Shown: positions 12,396 to 24,316 of the stretch, one piece after another
Layout: each line of letters opens with the position of its first letter
Numbering within the stretch: position 1 is the stretch's first letter
IMG/VR virus record: IMGVR_UViG_3300036940_000315
Location: 1-49,546 of that record
Direction: 5' to 3' (one strand)
DNA length: 49,546 bases
Origin: a virus
Taxonomy: Duplodnaviria > Caudoviricetes
The notes under the pieces: generated by a model
Seen by the model: only the letters and a program-made list of their open reading frames with translations
What the model was told of the DNA's origin: nothing
The model's database searches: none
Position numbers and translations under genes: made by a program

Positions 12396-12660
12396 AGATT
12401 TTTTTAAAAATTTATTAAAAAAAATTCTATTAAAAACTAGAATAGAAGTATTGTTAGGTATGGAATTTCAATTACTCGGCGAAGAAAATTGGTTTGAACA
12501 TGCAAAAGAAGTAACTGATTGGATATTTGAAAAAGAAATTCCACAATATATTCAAGATAAATTTGATTTAGATATGGAAAAAGTAGAAAATTTATCTAAA
12601 GATATAATTAAAAAACCATTAGATACTACTAAACATTTTTATATGAATGATGAATTATAA
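12382..12660 (+). CDS. hypothetical protein (paralog of 11584-11853)
   Basis: See paralog. Confidence 0.65.
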   Translation: MTTDKDFFKNLLKKILLKTRIEVLLGMEFQLLGEENWFEHAKEVTDWIFEKEIPQYIQDKFDLDMEKVENLSKDIIKKPLDTTKHFYMNDEL

Positions 12661-12672
12661 AGAATAAAAAGA

Positions 12673-12819
12673 ATGAAAAAATTTTTAAAGAATTATGCTT
12701 GGGTGATATATTTAGGTTGATCATTATCTATATTAGATGCAAGTTTGCTAACTTTAAAATTTTAGTTAGTATTAATCCCTATGATCATATTAGTTGAATG
12801 GTTTAAAATTGATGAATAA
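12673..12819 (+). pseudogene. small membrane protein with in-frame TGA (W) and in-frame TAG at 12763
   Basis: MKKFLKNYAWVIYLG(W)SLSILDASLLTLKF*LVLIPMIILVEWFKIDE; hydrophobic on both sides of the TAG. Confidence 0.4.
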
Positions 12820-13516
12820 AAATATAAAAGAAATATGCTTTATAGTACAAGCAAGATTAAATTCACAAAGAATTCCAAATAAAATGATAAAACCGTTTGG
12901 TAATTCTAACCTATTTGATATTCTATTAAAAAAATTAACATCTAATCAAAGTATTATACCAAGAAGTCAATTATATGTTTCAGTATATGAAAATGAATTA
13001 AAAAATATTGCTAAAAATTATAACGTAAATATTTTTAATCGTTCATGAGAATCCGCTAATAGGGACAATGGTATAAAAACTTTATTTGAATGATATGATA
13101 AATTACCTTATAAATATGTTATAATGATTAGTGCTTGCCATCCATTTTTAAAAATAAATACAATTAATAAATTTATTCAGTATTATATAGATTTAAATTT
13201 ATCAGGATTTTTTGGAGTTACTGGACAAAGAAATTATTATTGAAATAATGATGGTCAATTATTAAATAAATGACCAGAAGAGCAAGATTTATTAAATACA
13301 AAAGCAGTCGAACCAACCTATGAAGCCGCCCATTGTTTATATGCAAGTAAAATGGAAAGTATTAAAAATGGACAATGAGTAGGAGATTGAAAAACTGGAA
13401 AAAATATTAATTTTTGTAATATTAATGAATTTGAAGCATTAGACATAGATTATCAATGACAATTTGATTTATATAATGAATATTTTAAGAAAATAGAAAA
13501 TGAAATGTTACAGTAA
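12812..13516 (+). CDS. neuA: CMP-nonulosonate synthetase (acylneuraminate cytidylyltransferase; TGA=Trp)
   Basis: VQARLNSQRIPNKMIKPF, ACHPFL, EAAHCLY, EALDIDYQWQF. Confidence 0.9.
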
Positions 13517-13545
13517 AAAATATAAAGATGATAAAATAAAAAAAT

Positions 13546-14331
13546 ATGATATTACAAAAAACAAAAAATATTAGAAATAAAATAAATCAATTTGAATATC
13601 AATCAGAAAGAATTGATTATTTAAAAAATAAATATAAAAATAAAATATGTATTATAGTTGCTCCCGGTCCATCATTAAATAATTATGATAATAAAAAATT
13701 AAATGAAATATTAGATAATAATAAATATGCAGTAATGGCTATTAAACAAGCATTTAATTGAATTCCATTTAATACAGATTTTCATATTATGAATACTTGA
13801 AATTTTGATAAATATAAAGGATATACTTATCCATTAGATACAATAGTATTTTTTGGTTTATCAAAATCTTATATGAAAGAACAAGCAAAAAAAATAGGAT
13901 TAAAACCAAGCAGATGTGATTTATGAATTCCAATAGTTAATCCTCCTTTTATTGATAGTTTTAATGCAATTCAAAATAAACAAAATTTTGATAAGTTTTT
14001 TGAAATAGGAACTAAATATGAAATGTATTGAGGAAAAAGTATAATATATGAACAAGCATTTCCCTTAGCAATTCATATGGGATGTAAAAAAATAATTACT
14101 ATTGGATGAGATATAGGTAATCCAGATTTAGGAAAAAACCAAGGACATGCATATAATGATAAAGAAATAAAAACAATTCCTTCTGATAAAAATGATATAA
14201 TTGAAGCAATTAATTCTACTTATGAATTATATAGTTGAATGAAAAAAAATAATATTGTTTTGAAAATTTTATCTAATATTAACCCAGCAGATAATAGATT
14301 TGAAAGATTGAATAGTATAGAAGATTTATAA
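13546..14331 (+). CDS. Maf/DUF115-like Rossmann protein, putative nonulosonate transferase (TGA=Trp)
   Basis: CIIVAPGPSL, AIKQA, LAIHMGCKKIITIGWD; adjacent to neuA. Confidence 0.7.
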
Positions 14332-14518
14332 AAAATGAAAGAACCCAACAAGAATTAAATAAATATGTAAGAGTAAAATATAATTCAGGTTGAAGTTGTC
14401 TTGGTTGTTGTTTTATGTTCGCTGATAGGTGTATCGCACCAGATAAATTTATTAAATTATGCAAAAAAAGTTATGTATAGAAAATAAAAAAGAATAAAAA
14501 ATAAAAAAGAAGTAATAA

Positions 14519-15307
14519 ATGAATAAAAATATAGTATTTATGATAAATGTAAATTTAGATAACCAAAGAAATTTACCATATCAATATTCAATTAAATCTT
14601 GAAAATATTGATGTGAATATAATAATTGTGAATTATTTATATTAGATAAACCTATTACAGATATAAATTATATGAAATTAACTTGACAACGTTATTATTT
14701 ATTTGATATATTAAAAGCAAACGATATTGATTATTCTAATAATAAAATTTTAATGGTAGATGCAGATACTATAATTCATCCAAAATGTCCCAATTTTTTT
14801 AATTTAATAAAAGATGATGAATATGGAGCAATATTAAATGATGGATGTTATGAATGAGTAATAAGAAGTATTAAAGGATGAAAAAAATATATTTTTAAAG
14901 ATGATAATTATGTATTGCCTTGAGAATATATTAATGGTGGATTTCAAATTGTTAATAAAAATCATGAAGAATTTTTTAATAAAGTAACAGAATTTTATAA
15001 AAATAATTATATTGAAATAAAACAAGCAACCGATAAAATAAAAGCAGGAACAGATCAAACTTGTATTAATTTTTTATTAAATAGATATAATATCAAAAAG
15101 AAATATTTACCTAATATATTTAATTTACAAGATATGTTTAGAAAAAATTTATTATATACTAATGGTTATTCGTGATGGGATGATAAATTTTTATATACTA
15201 AAGCGGGATGAATATATCATTTTAATGCAATACCAAATAATCATAATGCTGATAAAACTTTAAAATATATGAAAGAATGTTATGAACATTTATATAGAGG
15301 TCTATAA
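14519..15307 (+). CDS. GT-A fold (GT8-like) glycosyltransferase (TGA=Trp)
   Basis: WQRYY, LMVDADT, YINGGF, GTDQT..NF, IYHFN. Confidence 0.8.
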
Positions 15308-15324
15308 ATAAAAAACCTTTTAAA

Positions 15325-15664
15325 ATGATGAAGAAACAAAATAAAAATACTTTTGAAAATTTTTTTAAAAAACCAGAAAATAAAAAAACAGATGAAGAAA
15401 AAAAATTAGAATTTGATATATGAAAATATGAAATAGTAAAATATTGAAGAAATTATCATTTATCATTCAGGAAAAATAATTATGAATAATCAATTATTAA
15501 CATTTCGACAATGAAAATCATTAATTAATCAAAATGATTTAAAAGCCATTTTTGATGACTTAAGAAAGAAAAGATATTTTAAATTAGATTATAATTTTGA
15601 AAATTATTTATATGATGTATATGTTAATTATATTGATGAAATAAAAAAGAAAGTATTTAAATAA
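15325..15664 (+). CDS. two short hypothetical proteins (15325-15489, 15482-15664; TGA=Trp)
   Basis: Overlapping ATG-started frames that tile the gap when TGA=W. Confidence 0.4.
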
Positions 15665-15667
15665 ATA

Positions 15668-16417
15668 ATGAAATATAACATATTTACTTTGTTTGATTCT
15701 GGATATATTAAATTTGCAAGATTATTTTTTAATTCATTTTATAAAACAAATAATATAGATAATATAGAAAATATTTATGTTTATAATCCAACCTTAAAAG
15801 AAGAATATAAAAAATATTTGTCTAAATTTAAAAAAATAGTTTATATTAATGATTATGATAAGAAATCGGTTTTAAAAGAAAATAAATGAACAGAAAATAT
15901 TATACAAAAAACTCATGTTTTAAAACAATTATTAGAAGAAAAAAATCCTTATCCTCTAATAATGATAGATATTGATTGTATGTTTTTAAGTGATATTAGT
16001 GATTTAATAGATAATAAATTTGATATGCAATTTTGTTGTAGAAAATGAAATAAACAAAAACCATTAATAGCAAGTTTTGTTATAATAAATAATAGTAATT
16101 TTTTAGATTTTTTAGAATTATGAATTAAAAAAATCGATGTTACAGAAGGAAAAATAAAAGAAACTCCTGCTATGTGTAAAATATATAAAGAAAATAAAGA
16201 TAAATTTAATATTGGTTATATTAATTATAATATAGTTTCTGCAACAACGGATAAAGAAATAAATGATACAACCAGAATAATTCATTGCAAAGGCAGTGAC
16301 CCAAAAAGAAATAGTCCAGAAACAAGATTAAAAAAATTACATAAAATTAAAAAGATTCCAAATATAAAAAAATTATCAGAAAAATATATTGAGGTTACTA
16401 AATGTATAGCGTCATAA
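15668..16417 (+). CDS. nucleotide-diphospho-sugar transferase (GT-A; TGA=Trp)
   Basis: MIDIDC DxD motif, IASF, IIHCKG; joins two in-frame track ORFs. Confidence 0.7.
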
Positions 16418-17493
16418 GTGCTAATAGAAGTCCTAAAAAAGCAAATAAAAATTGAAGAATATTTGAACAAAAAAATTTAAAAAATTATTTTGGTTCTATT
16501 TTAAATGTAAATGGAGAAGATGGTTTTAGTGTAATAGAGGCATATAAAAAATATAAAAACACAATAAAATATATTAGATGATATCCTGATCCAGAAAAAA
16601 TGAATGGTTCTGAATATAAAGGTATGTTAATTCAATCAAAACAAATTGGAAATATACCTTATATTACAAATTCACCAGAAGGATTTTTAACCGTACAAAA
16701 TAAAGACGAAGCATTTAGAATATGAAAAGAAAATAATATTTATTGTCCTAATTATTTTGCATATAAAGATGAAAAAGATTTTTATATTCAAAATGAAAAA
16801 TATAATATTAAGCCACCATTTTTATTAAGAGTAAATAATGGGGTTGGTGGCTATAATACTTTTATCGTTAGAGATAACAAATATTTATCAAAATCTTTAA
16901 AACAATTAGATAAAGAATTTAAAAATTATAATAAACCAAATCAAAGAATTAAAACTAAAAAATTATGTGTTCAATTAATTAATTCTATAGATAAAGAAAA
17001 GAATGTAAATGTATCATATAGAATACATGTTGCTGGAAATAAAGTAATTTCTGGTTATGCAAGAGTAGTTCCAAGTAAAGAATGATGTGCTATTACTGCT
17101 GGTAAATTTAATATAAATCAAATTGATAATTGAGTTTATTTTAATAAAAAATGTGAAAAATTAATATATGAGAAAGAAAAAGAAATTTGTAAAGCAGTTC
17201 GTGTATTAAAATTAAATCATCAAGGTGTAGATATATTAATTGATGAAAATAATAATATATGTTTTTTAGAAGTACAACCAACTTATTCTACTGGTTATCC
17301 AATAAAAATGGGTAAATATTGCCCACCATATTATAATCCATATGATAAAAATCTTGTTAATTTTCTTAAAGAAAATGAATATTGATTAAAAAAAGAAATA
17401 CCAACATATTATAAAAATTGATTAAATAAAGATAATCATTTTAAACAAGTATATAAACATTTAAAGGAATATATTGATAATGTTTGGACCTAA
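16402..17493 (+). CDS. ATP-grasp (RimK-like) ligase (TGA=Trp)
   Basis: NKDE, PFLLRVNNGVGG, YRIHVAG, GVDILID..ICFLEVQ. Confidence 0.8.
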
Positions 17494-18334
17494 TACATAT
17501 GTTAAAACTAAAGTAAATATAAAATATTCACATAGAGATGATAAATTTTTACAATTATATCAAAAGGTTTCAGAAAAATTTAAAAAAAAATTTAATTTAA
17601 ATGATTATGAAATTATTTTTATTCCTGGAAGTGGAACTGTTGGAATGGAATCAATTATTTTTTCATTAAGAGGAAATATAAATGTAACTGGATACGATGG
17701 AGAATTTAAAGAAAGATGAAGACAATTAGTTAACTATTATTATAAAATTGGTTATGATAATAATCTTTATTGTAGATTAGAAACATCTAAAAGTAAATCC
17801 TTTTCTTTTCCTAAAAAAGGTGGAATAATTGATTGTATAAGTTCTTTTCCATTTTATGATATTGATAATGCAGATATATTTGTTACCAGCACAAATAAAT
17901 TATTAGGTTCTTTAGTAGGATTATCTATTATTGGAATAAAAAAAGATTTTATTAAAAATTTAATTCCTTCATCTAATGTATCATATTTAAATTTAAATAG
18001 ATATCTTAATTATAATTCAATAAATCAAACTCCAACAACTACTCCTACTTATATATTTGAACATCTTAATAAAATATTAGATAATTTTAATATAAAAAAA
18101 TTAAAAAATAAAATTAAAAAAAATTGCCAATTAATATATAATACGATTAATAATGAAAAAGCATTTATTGGAGAAATAATTTGTCCAGTATTAACAATCA
18201 AAAAAGAATATATTAATAAACAATTAGCAAAAAAATGACAATTATATGGTATAAATAAAGATAGTGATTATTATCAAATTTTTACATATTCTTGTCCAGA
18301 TAAATATTATAAACAATTTTGTAAGGAGATTTAA
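17474..18334 (+). CDS. class V PLP aminotransferase (AEP-transaminase/serine-pyruvate-like; TGA=Trp)
   Basis: MFGPN, SHR, GSGTVGMES, ETS, DCISSF, STNK, QTPTT. Confidence 0.8.
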
Positions 18335-18816
18335 TGACAACATTATTTTGTGATGTAGATAATACAATCAATAATCATTTTGAAAGAATTCAGCGATGAA
18401 CTAAAAATGGTAAATGTAATTGAAAAAAAGCCTTTTCATATAAAGAAATTATGAAAGATAAAGTATTACCGGGTTCAATAGAAGTAATAGAAAAATTATC
18501 AACAAAATATAAAATTGTATTTTTAACAGCAAGAAATTTTGGTCATGCTTATAAAGTAACAAAAGATTGATTAGATGAAAAAGGTTTTATTTATGAAAAA
18601 ATTATAGTAGTTAAAAATTCAAAAGAAAAAATAAAATATATTAAAAAAGAAAAAGATTGTTTACTTATAGATGATTTATCAAGAAAACACGAAACTAATC
18701 CGCCATATACTATTTTATATGATGATGTAATTGATAAATTAAATAGATTAAAAATCAATTATGAAATATTTGATGGGGATTGAAATAAAATATTAAAAAA
18801 ATATCTTGTTTTTTAA
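18334..18816 (+). CDS. HAD-family phosphatase/nucleotidase (TGA=Trp)
   Basis: FCDVDNTI, FLTAR, T..WL, LLIDD. Confidence 0.8.
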
Positions 18817-18869
18817 TAAAAAAATTTTTATATTATATATGTAAACAAAGTTAAAAAAAAGAAGTAAAA

Positions 18870-19271
18870 ATGAATAAAATATTAAATTTTGTAAAAGTTA
18901 AAGAGACTGAATTTCAAAGATTTTATAAATTATCAGAACCTGTAGACAAAGTACCAAATAAAAATTATAATTGGGAAGAAGAAAAGAAATATAACCTTTT
19001 ACGATTAAAAGATGAATTTAAAAAATATTATCCAGAATTGATTGAATATGTAGTTGTTTCCGATGCGCATACACATATAGAAAGATTAGTTTTTCTTGGA
19101 ATACCAATTAATGAAGAAAAAACAGATTTTGGTTGTTTGTGTGGTTTTCAATTAGATGGTGATAATACAATGTTGATAGAAGGTGGAGATTTAAATAAAG
19201 TATATCCCGATAATTATTATTTACAAAGATTAGCAGAAGTAAATAATTATGAATTTGGATTTATTAAATAA
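18870..19271 (+). CDS. hypothetical protein
   Basis: 133-aa ORF behind its own sigma70-like promoter (18806-18834). Confidence 0.65.
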   Translation: MNKILNFVKVKETEFQRFYKLSEPVDKVPNKNYNWEEEKKYNLLRLKDEFKKYYPELIEYVVVSDAHTHIERLVFLGIPINEEKTDFGCLCGFQLDGDNTMLIEGGDLNKVYPDNYYLQRLAEVNNYEFGFIK

Positions 19272-19293
19272 TTAAAAATAAAAAAATTAACAT

Positions 19294-19482
19294 ATGAAAA
19301 AAGAAAAAATATATTATTATAGATGTAAAAGATGTGGTAAAATTATATGATTTAATAAAAAACCAAAATTTGAAAAAAATTATACTTGTCAATCTATAAT
19401 GTTTTCCAGAATGAATGGATTATGTGAAGGAGAATATGAATCTATAACAAAAGAGGAATATATTAATGAAACTAAAAAATAA
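19294..19482 (+). CDS. small zinc-ribbon protein (TGA=Trp)
   Basis: YRCKRCG...C...CEG. Confidence 0.45.
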
Positions 19483-20476
19483 ATATGCAATTGGATGTCA
19501 TATAATGTTTTATGAAATTGAAATGATTTCTGAATATATAAATTCATGTTTATTAATGGCTGAAAATGTAGAAAATAAAGAAAATTTATTATTTCATTTT
19601 ACATTTAATAGATCAGAATATTTTGAAAAAATAGATTCTTCTAAAATTTCTAAACAGAATTTAATATCTAAATTTACTGATGAAATGATAAAAATTAAAA
19701 AAGCCGGATTTAAAGTTAAATATAATATTAAAACAAATGATTATCCAATCTATAATATACCTTCTTATAGAAGAGATTTAAATTATAACTATTGTTTAGA
19801 TTATGATTATATTTTATGGGGCGAATCTGATTGTATGTGGGCTAAATCTACATTAGAAGATATTGAAAATATTAGTGAATATTGTAAACAACAAAAAATA
19901 CCTAAACATGTAATAACATTCTCTTATAGAAAAATGTGGGATGATTCTTGGCTTCCTGTTGAACATATAAATTTTAAAAATGTTAAATTTCAAAGGGATG
20001 AAAAATGGCAAGCAACAGCAATAGAAAGTCCTAAATCATATATGGATTATGATACTATGAATAGAATAAATGAAGAAAGTAGAAAAGAACATGGTTTATT
20101 GATTAATATTTTAAAAGAACCTAAATTTGATGGATCCTGTCTTATTATTTCTTCTGAATTAATTAAATCTGGAATTAATATTCCTCATTCTTTATTATTA
20201 TGTAGCGAGGATGAAAGTTTTTCTATGTTATGTAAAAAGATATTAGGAGATAATTTTAGACAAGTTGCTATCCAGAATGTGCTTCGGGTGCATAATCGAC
20301 GACATCCAAAAAAACGGAATTATATTTTAAATGAAGAAAATCCTAAAGGTTTCTGTAATCTAAAGGGTCGTTGGTGGAAAGTATTAGAAGATATGAGTAA
20401 AGAAAATTCTTATAAATTATATCATCAATTTAAATTTAATACTTATGAAGATTTTAAAAAGGAATTAAATAAATAA
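19466..20476 (+). CDS. putative glycosyltransferase (GT-A-like); all Trp encoded by TGG
   Basis: RRDLNY, WGESD, DGSC, EDE, VHNRRHPKKR; position within the glycan cluster. Confidence 0.6.
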   Translation: MKLKNKYAIGCHIMFYEIEMISEYINSCLLMAENVENKENLLFHFTFNRSEYFEKIDSSKISKQNLISKFTDEMIKIKKAGFKVKYNIKTNDYPIYNIPSYRRDLNYNYCLDYDYILWGESDCMWAKSTLEDIENISEYCKQQKIPKHVITFSYRKMWDDSWLPVEHINFKNVKFQRDEKWQATAIESPKSYMDYDTMNRINEESRKEHGLLINILKEPKFDGSCLIISSELIKSGINIPHSLLLCSEDESFSMLCKKILGDNFRQVAIQNVLRVHNRRHPKKRNYILNEENPKGFCNLKGRWWKVLEDMSKENSYKLYHQFKFNTYEDFKKELNK

Positions 20477-21426
20477 TGAACTATAAAATAACATTCTTTT
20501 CAGAAAACGGGTTTGAAGGAAAAGTACCAAGAAATCATCCTAATATGCGAACTGAATATGCTTGAATGTCATCATTAAATGCTGATCATTATAATATTTA
20601 TAATATTCCCAAAAATCTAAATTATGATATTGGAATTATAATTTATCCTAAAAATGTAAAACAACAAATAAATTATAATAATTTATATAATAGTAGTAAA
20701 AAAATAGGAATTATGCAAGAAGGTCCTAATTGATATTGGGAATCATTAGAAATAAATGATCAAATTGAATATTATAATAGTTTATCTACAGTTGATTTTA
20801 TTTTATGTCATAATGAAATAGATAAAAAATATTTTAAAGGATTATTGTTAGATAGTAAACCAGTATATATTTTACCTTCTTTAATTATTGAAAATTTAGT
20901 AAAAAATATAAATACAAAAAAAGAAAATAAAACAATTATAGGTGGAAATTTAACTGATTGATATGGTGGATTTCCTTCATATGTTGTTGCCAGTAATTTT
21001 GGGAATTTAATTTATGTCCCACAAATGGGTAGAATGAAAAAAGAAGAATTAAATATTAATGAAATAAATCATTTACCGTATATGAATTGAATTGAATGAA
21101 TGAAAACGTTATCTATTTTTAAATTTGCAGTTCATATGATGCCCACAATAGCGGCTGGAACCTTCACATTAAATTGTGCCTATTTTGGAATTCCTTGTAT
21201 AGGGTATTTTGAGTTAGACACTCAAAGATTATGTCATACAAATACCTCTGTAAATAAAAGTGATATAAAATCAGCAAGTGAAATAGCGATTAAATTAAAA
21301 AATGATGAAAATTTTTACAATGAATGTTCTAAAAATTGTAAAATAAATTTCGACAAATTTTATTCAGAAAAAGTATTTTTAGAAAAGATGACCAAAGTTT
21401 TTGATGAAATTTTAAAAAAATTTTAA
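20476..21426 (+). CDS. putative GT-B glycosyltransferase (TGA=Trp)
   Basis: NMRTEYAW, MQEGP, AAGTFTLNCAYFGIPCIG, C-terminal FYSEK. Confidence 0.7.
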
Positions 21427-21433
21427 AATAAAA

Positions 21434-21449
21434 AATATTTATATTTGAA
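21434..21449 (+). promoter_or_regulatory. putative late promoter AATATTTAT-N3-TGAA
   Basis: Exact motif match upstream of the recoded gene at 21482. Confidence 0.7.
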
Positions 21450-21481
21450 TATTATAATAAAAATAAACTTGGAGAATTTTT

Positions 21482-21841
21482 ATGGCATTGTCAAAAGATG
21501 AAAAACAAGAAATTACAGATATAATTAATAATTGTACTAATTCTGATAATAAATATTTAGAACAATATATTGGTTTATTATCAAAATCTATTGAAACAAA
21601 TTCTAATATTTTTCATGAAATGAAAATTGTTACTGAAGAAATAAAAAATATTTCAAAAGAAATATCAAATGGTATGACAACTATGTTAAAAGAAAATTCA
21701 ATAAAAATTTCCCAAGTATATAAAGATATTTCAAGTAAAGAAGGATATTTACCTGGAATTTCTACAAAATTAAATTATTTTTGAATTCCAATGTTAGTAT
21801 CTATTGTAGGTATAATATTTATGATGTTTAAATTAATATAA
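21482..21841 (+). CDS. coiled-coil protein with C-terminal TM helix (TGA=Trp); possibly lysis-related
   Basis: Readthrough of TGA21782 adds WIPMLVSIVGIIFMMFKLI. Confidence 0.6.
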
Positions 21842-21965
21842 TAAGTAGATAATTTTTTTTATAAAATATTTTTTATTATTTTATATTTAAATTTTTATTT
21901 TTTTTTCTTGTTTATTAACTCCTAATTTATTAAATTATATTACTTAAAAAATTAGGAATTTTATT

Positions 21966-22910
21966 TTGACAAAATATTTTATACCAACTAAAAATTTAAT
22001 TTTTACTACTTTAACTGGTAGTAGATTATACGGTACAAATAATAAAGAATCTGATTATGATTATGTTTCAGTTTGTATTCCTCCAATTAAACAATATTTA
22101 AGTAATTTTGGATTTAATCAAACTCAAAATATTACTCCTACCTTAGATAATACTATTTATGATTTTAGAAAAGCAATTAAATTAATTATGGATAACAATC
22201 CAAATATGATTGAATTGTTATATATTCCGGGAGATAAAATTAAATTATGTACAAAATATTGGCAAAAAGTAATTGATAATAGAGATTTATTTTTATCTAA
22301 AAAAGCAAAGTTTTCATTTTCTGGATATGCTTTTGCACAATTAAAAAGATTAAAAAATCATAAAAAATGGTTAGATAATCCTCCAGTAAAACCAACAAGA
22401 AAACAATTTAATCTTCCAGATCATAAAAATATTAAAAAAGAACATGAAAAAGCAATGTTAGCATTACCTAATAATTATATTTCTGAAAATTTAAAAGAGT
22501 TAATTCAAAATGAAAGATTGTATAGAGATGCAATGAAAAAATGGTCTGATTATAAACAATGGATTGAAAACAGAAATCCAAAAAGAATTAAATTGGAAAA
22601 GAAAATTGGATATGATGCAAAACATGCAATGCATTTATATAGATTGATGTTAATGGCAACAGAAATTTTAGATTTAGGCAGAATTATTGTTGATAGAACA
22701 CAAAATGGAACTGATAAAATATTAAAAGAAATTAGAAATTGTGAATGGTCATATGATAAATTAATTTTTAATGTAGAAAAATTGGAAAATCAAATTGAAG
22801 AATTATATCATGTTTCAGAATTACAACATAAACCGCAAATTAATAAAATTGATGAATTGATGATAGAAATTATTGAAGAATATGATAAGGATAATTATGA
22901 TAATAAATAA
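21966..22910 (+). CDS. DNA polymerase beta-family nucleotidyltransferase (YcgL/RlaP-like)
   Basis: GSRLYGT...SDYD, NPNMIELL, FSGYA.AQ, GYDAKHAMHLYRL. Confidence 0.9.
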   Translation: MTKYFIPTKNLIFTTLTGSRLYGTNNKESDYDYVSVCIPPIKQYLSNFGFNQTQNITPTLDNTIYDFRKAIKLIMDNNPNMIELLYIPGDKIKLCTKYWQKVIDNRDLFLSKKAKFSFSGYAFAQLKRLKNHKKWLDNPPVKPTRKQFNLPDHKNIKKEHEKAMLALPNNYISENLKELIQNERLYRDAMKKWSDYKQWIENRNPKRIKLEKKIGYDAKHAMHLYRLMLMATEILDLGRIIVDRTQNGTDKILKEIRNCEWSYDKLIFNVEKLENQIEELYHVSELQHKPQINKIDELMIEIIEEYDKDNYDNK

Positions 22911-23033
22911 AATAAAAATTAATAATATTACGTTTGTAATTCAATTATTTAAAACTATTGATAATAAAGATATTATAATTTGTGATTATCCTTCACGAAA
23001 ATTTAATTAAAATTAACAAGAAGGAAATAAAAA

Positions 23034-23402
23034 ATGTATAGTATAGCAAAATGTATTAAATCAAGATATAATGATGCATATTTAGATAAATGGTATATTA
23101 TATCTAAAATTGGTGATAATTATTATTTTATTAATAATAAAGACAAATTAAAAAAATGTAATGAAATTCTTAAAGGATGGGACTGTGAAATAGTAAAATT
23201 AATTGAATATAATAATTATTATTTTGACTTAGATAATATTATTACTATTGGGGATTCAGTTTCTTCAATTGGAGAAACTGTTACCGGAAAATTTGTAGCA
23301 TTTAAACCAAATCATAATTTTCCTTTTGGAATACAAGAAGGATTAAAAATAGTTTGGGTTAATAATATAAAAAAATTAAGTAATATAAAAAATATTAATT
23401 GA
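23034..23402 (+). CDS. hypothetical protein
   Basis: 122-aa ORF with AAGGA RBS. Confidence 0.55.
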   Translation: MYSIAKCIKSRYNDAYLDKWYIISKIGDNYYFINNKDKLKKCNEILKGWDCEIVKLIEYNNYYFDLDNIITIGDSVSSIGETVTGKFVAFKPNHNFPFGIQEGLKIVWVNNIKKLSNIKNIN

Positions 23403-23469
23403 TAATAAATGTGTTTTTGAAACACATCAAAAATTTAATTTAAATATAGATATTGATTTAGGAGATTAA

Positions 23470-23820
23470 ATGATCGGAAGAAAAAATGATAATGGAAAAA
23501 GACAATGACATTTATTACCAATTGAACCAATAAATGAAATTATAAAAGTTTTAGAATTTGGTGCTAAAAAATATGAACCAGATAATTGAAAATTCGTTGA
23601 AAATAGAAAAATAAGATATTTTAATGCAGCAATGCGACATTTAACATTATGACAACAAGGATATATAAATGATGGAGATGAATCTGGAAATGAAAAAGAA
23701 GAATTAATTGAAAAAATGGATAAATCTGGCTTAAATCATTTAGCCCATGCGGCTTGTTGTTTATTGTTTTTATTACATGGAGATATGAATAAAGAAAGAG
23801 TAAAAATAAATAAAGATTAA
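23470..23820 (+). CDS. dATP/dGTP diphosphohydrolase-like (DUF5664; TGA=Trp)
   Basis: GRKNDNGK.QWHLLP, VLEFGAKKY..DNW, AAMRHL, SGLNHLAHAACC. Confidence 0.9.
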
Positions 23821-23861
23821 TTTTATTTTAATAATATTTAATAAAAAAGAGAATTAAAAAA

Positions 23862-24053
23862 ATGCCATTGTTTGAATTTAGATGTAAAGCTTGTGGACAT
23901 AAAGAAAATAGATTAATGAAAAATTATAAAATTAATTTAATAAAATGTCCAGTATGTAAAGGATTTATGACAAAACAATTTCCTTTACCTGCAAAACCTA
24001 TTTTTAATGGTAATGGTTTTTATGAAACAGATTATAAAAAGAAAGGAAAATAA
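23862..24053 (+). CDS. FmdB-family zinc-ribbon protein
   Basis: MPLFEFRCKACG...CPVC...FNGNGFYETDY. Confidence 0.9.
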   Translation: MPLFEFRCKACGHKENRLMKNYKINLIKCPVCKGFMTKQFPLPAKPIFNGNGFYETDYKKKGK

Positions 24054-24057
24054 ATAA

Positions 24058-24306
24058 ATGGATGATGAAACTTTAAAAAAAGAACATAAATTTTTTGATT
24101 GATTTGGGGGAAGAAAATTCTTTTTAATATTAATGGTTTCTCTTTTTTATGCTATAGCATTTGGCATTACTTTTTTTACAAATAAACCAACATATTGAAA
24201 TTATTTAGAACATTTTACCAGTTCTTATTTTTGGTTAATTTTTGGATATACAGGTATTAATATTAGTCAAAAAGGACTTAATAAAATAAAACCAAAAAAT
24301 TATTAG
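24058..24306 (+). CDS. small 2-TM membrane protein, holin-like (TGA=Trp)
   Basis: GGRKFFLIL.. TM1, TM2 ending GYTGIN, basic C-terminal tail. Confidence 0.55.
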
Positions 24307-24316
24307 AAATAAAAAA

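Noticed and set aside
2343-21426. Mass pseudogenisation of the glycan cluster, as the fragmented ORF track suggests
   Set aside because: Interruptions are almost all TGA, stay in frame and fall at Trp-like positions with catalytic motifs intact. Recoding explains this better.
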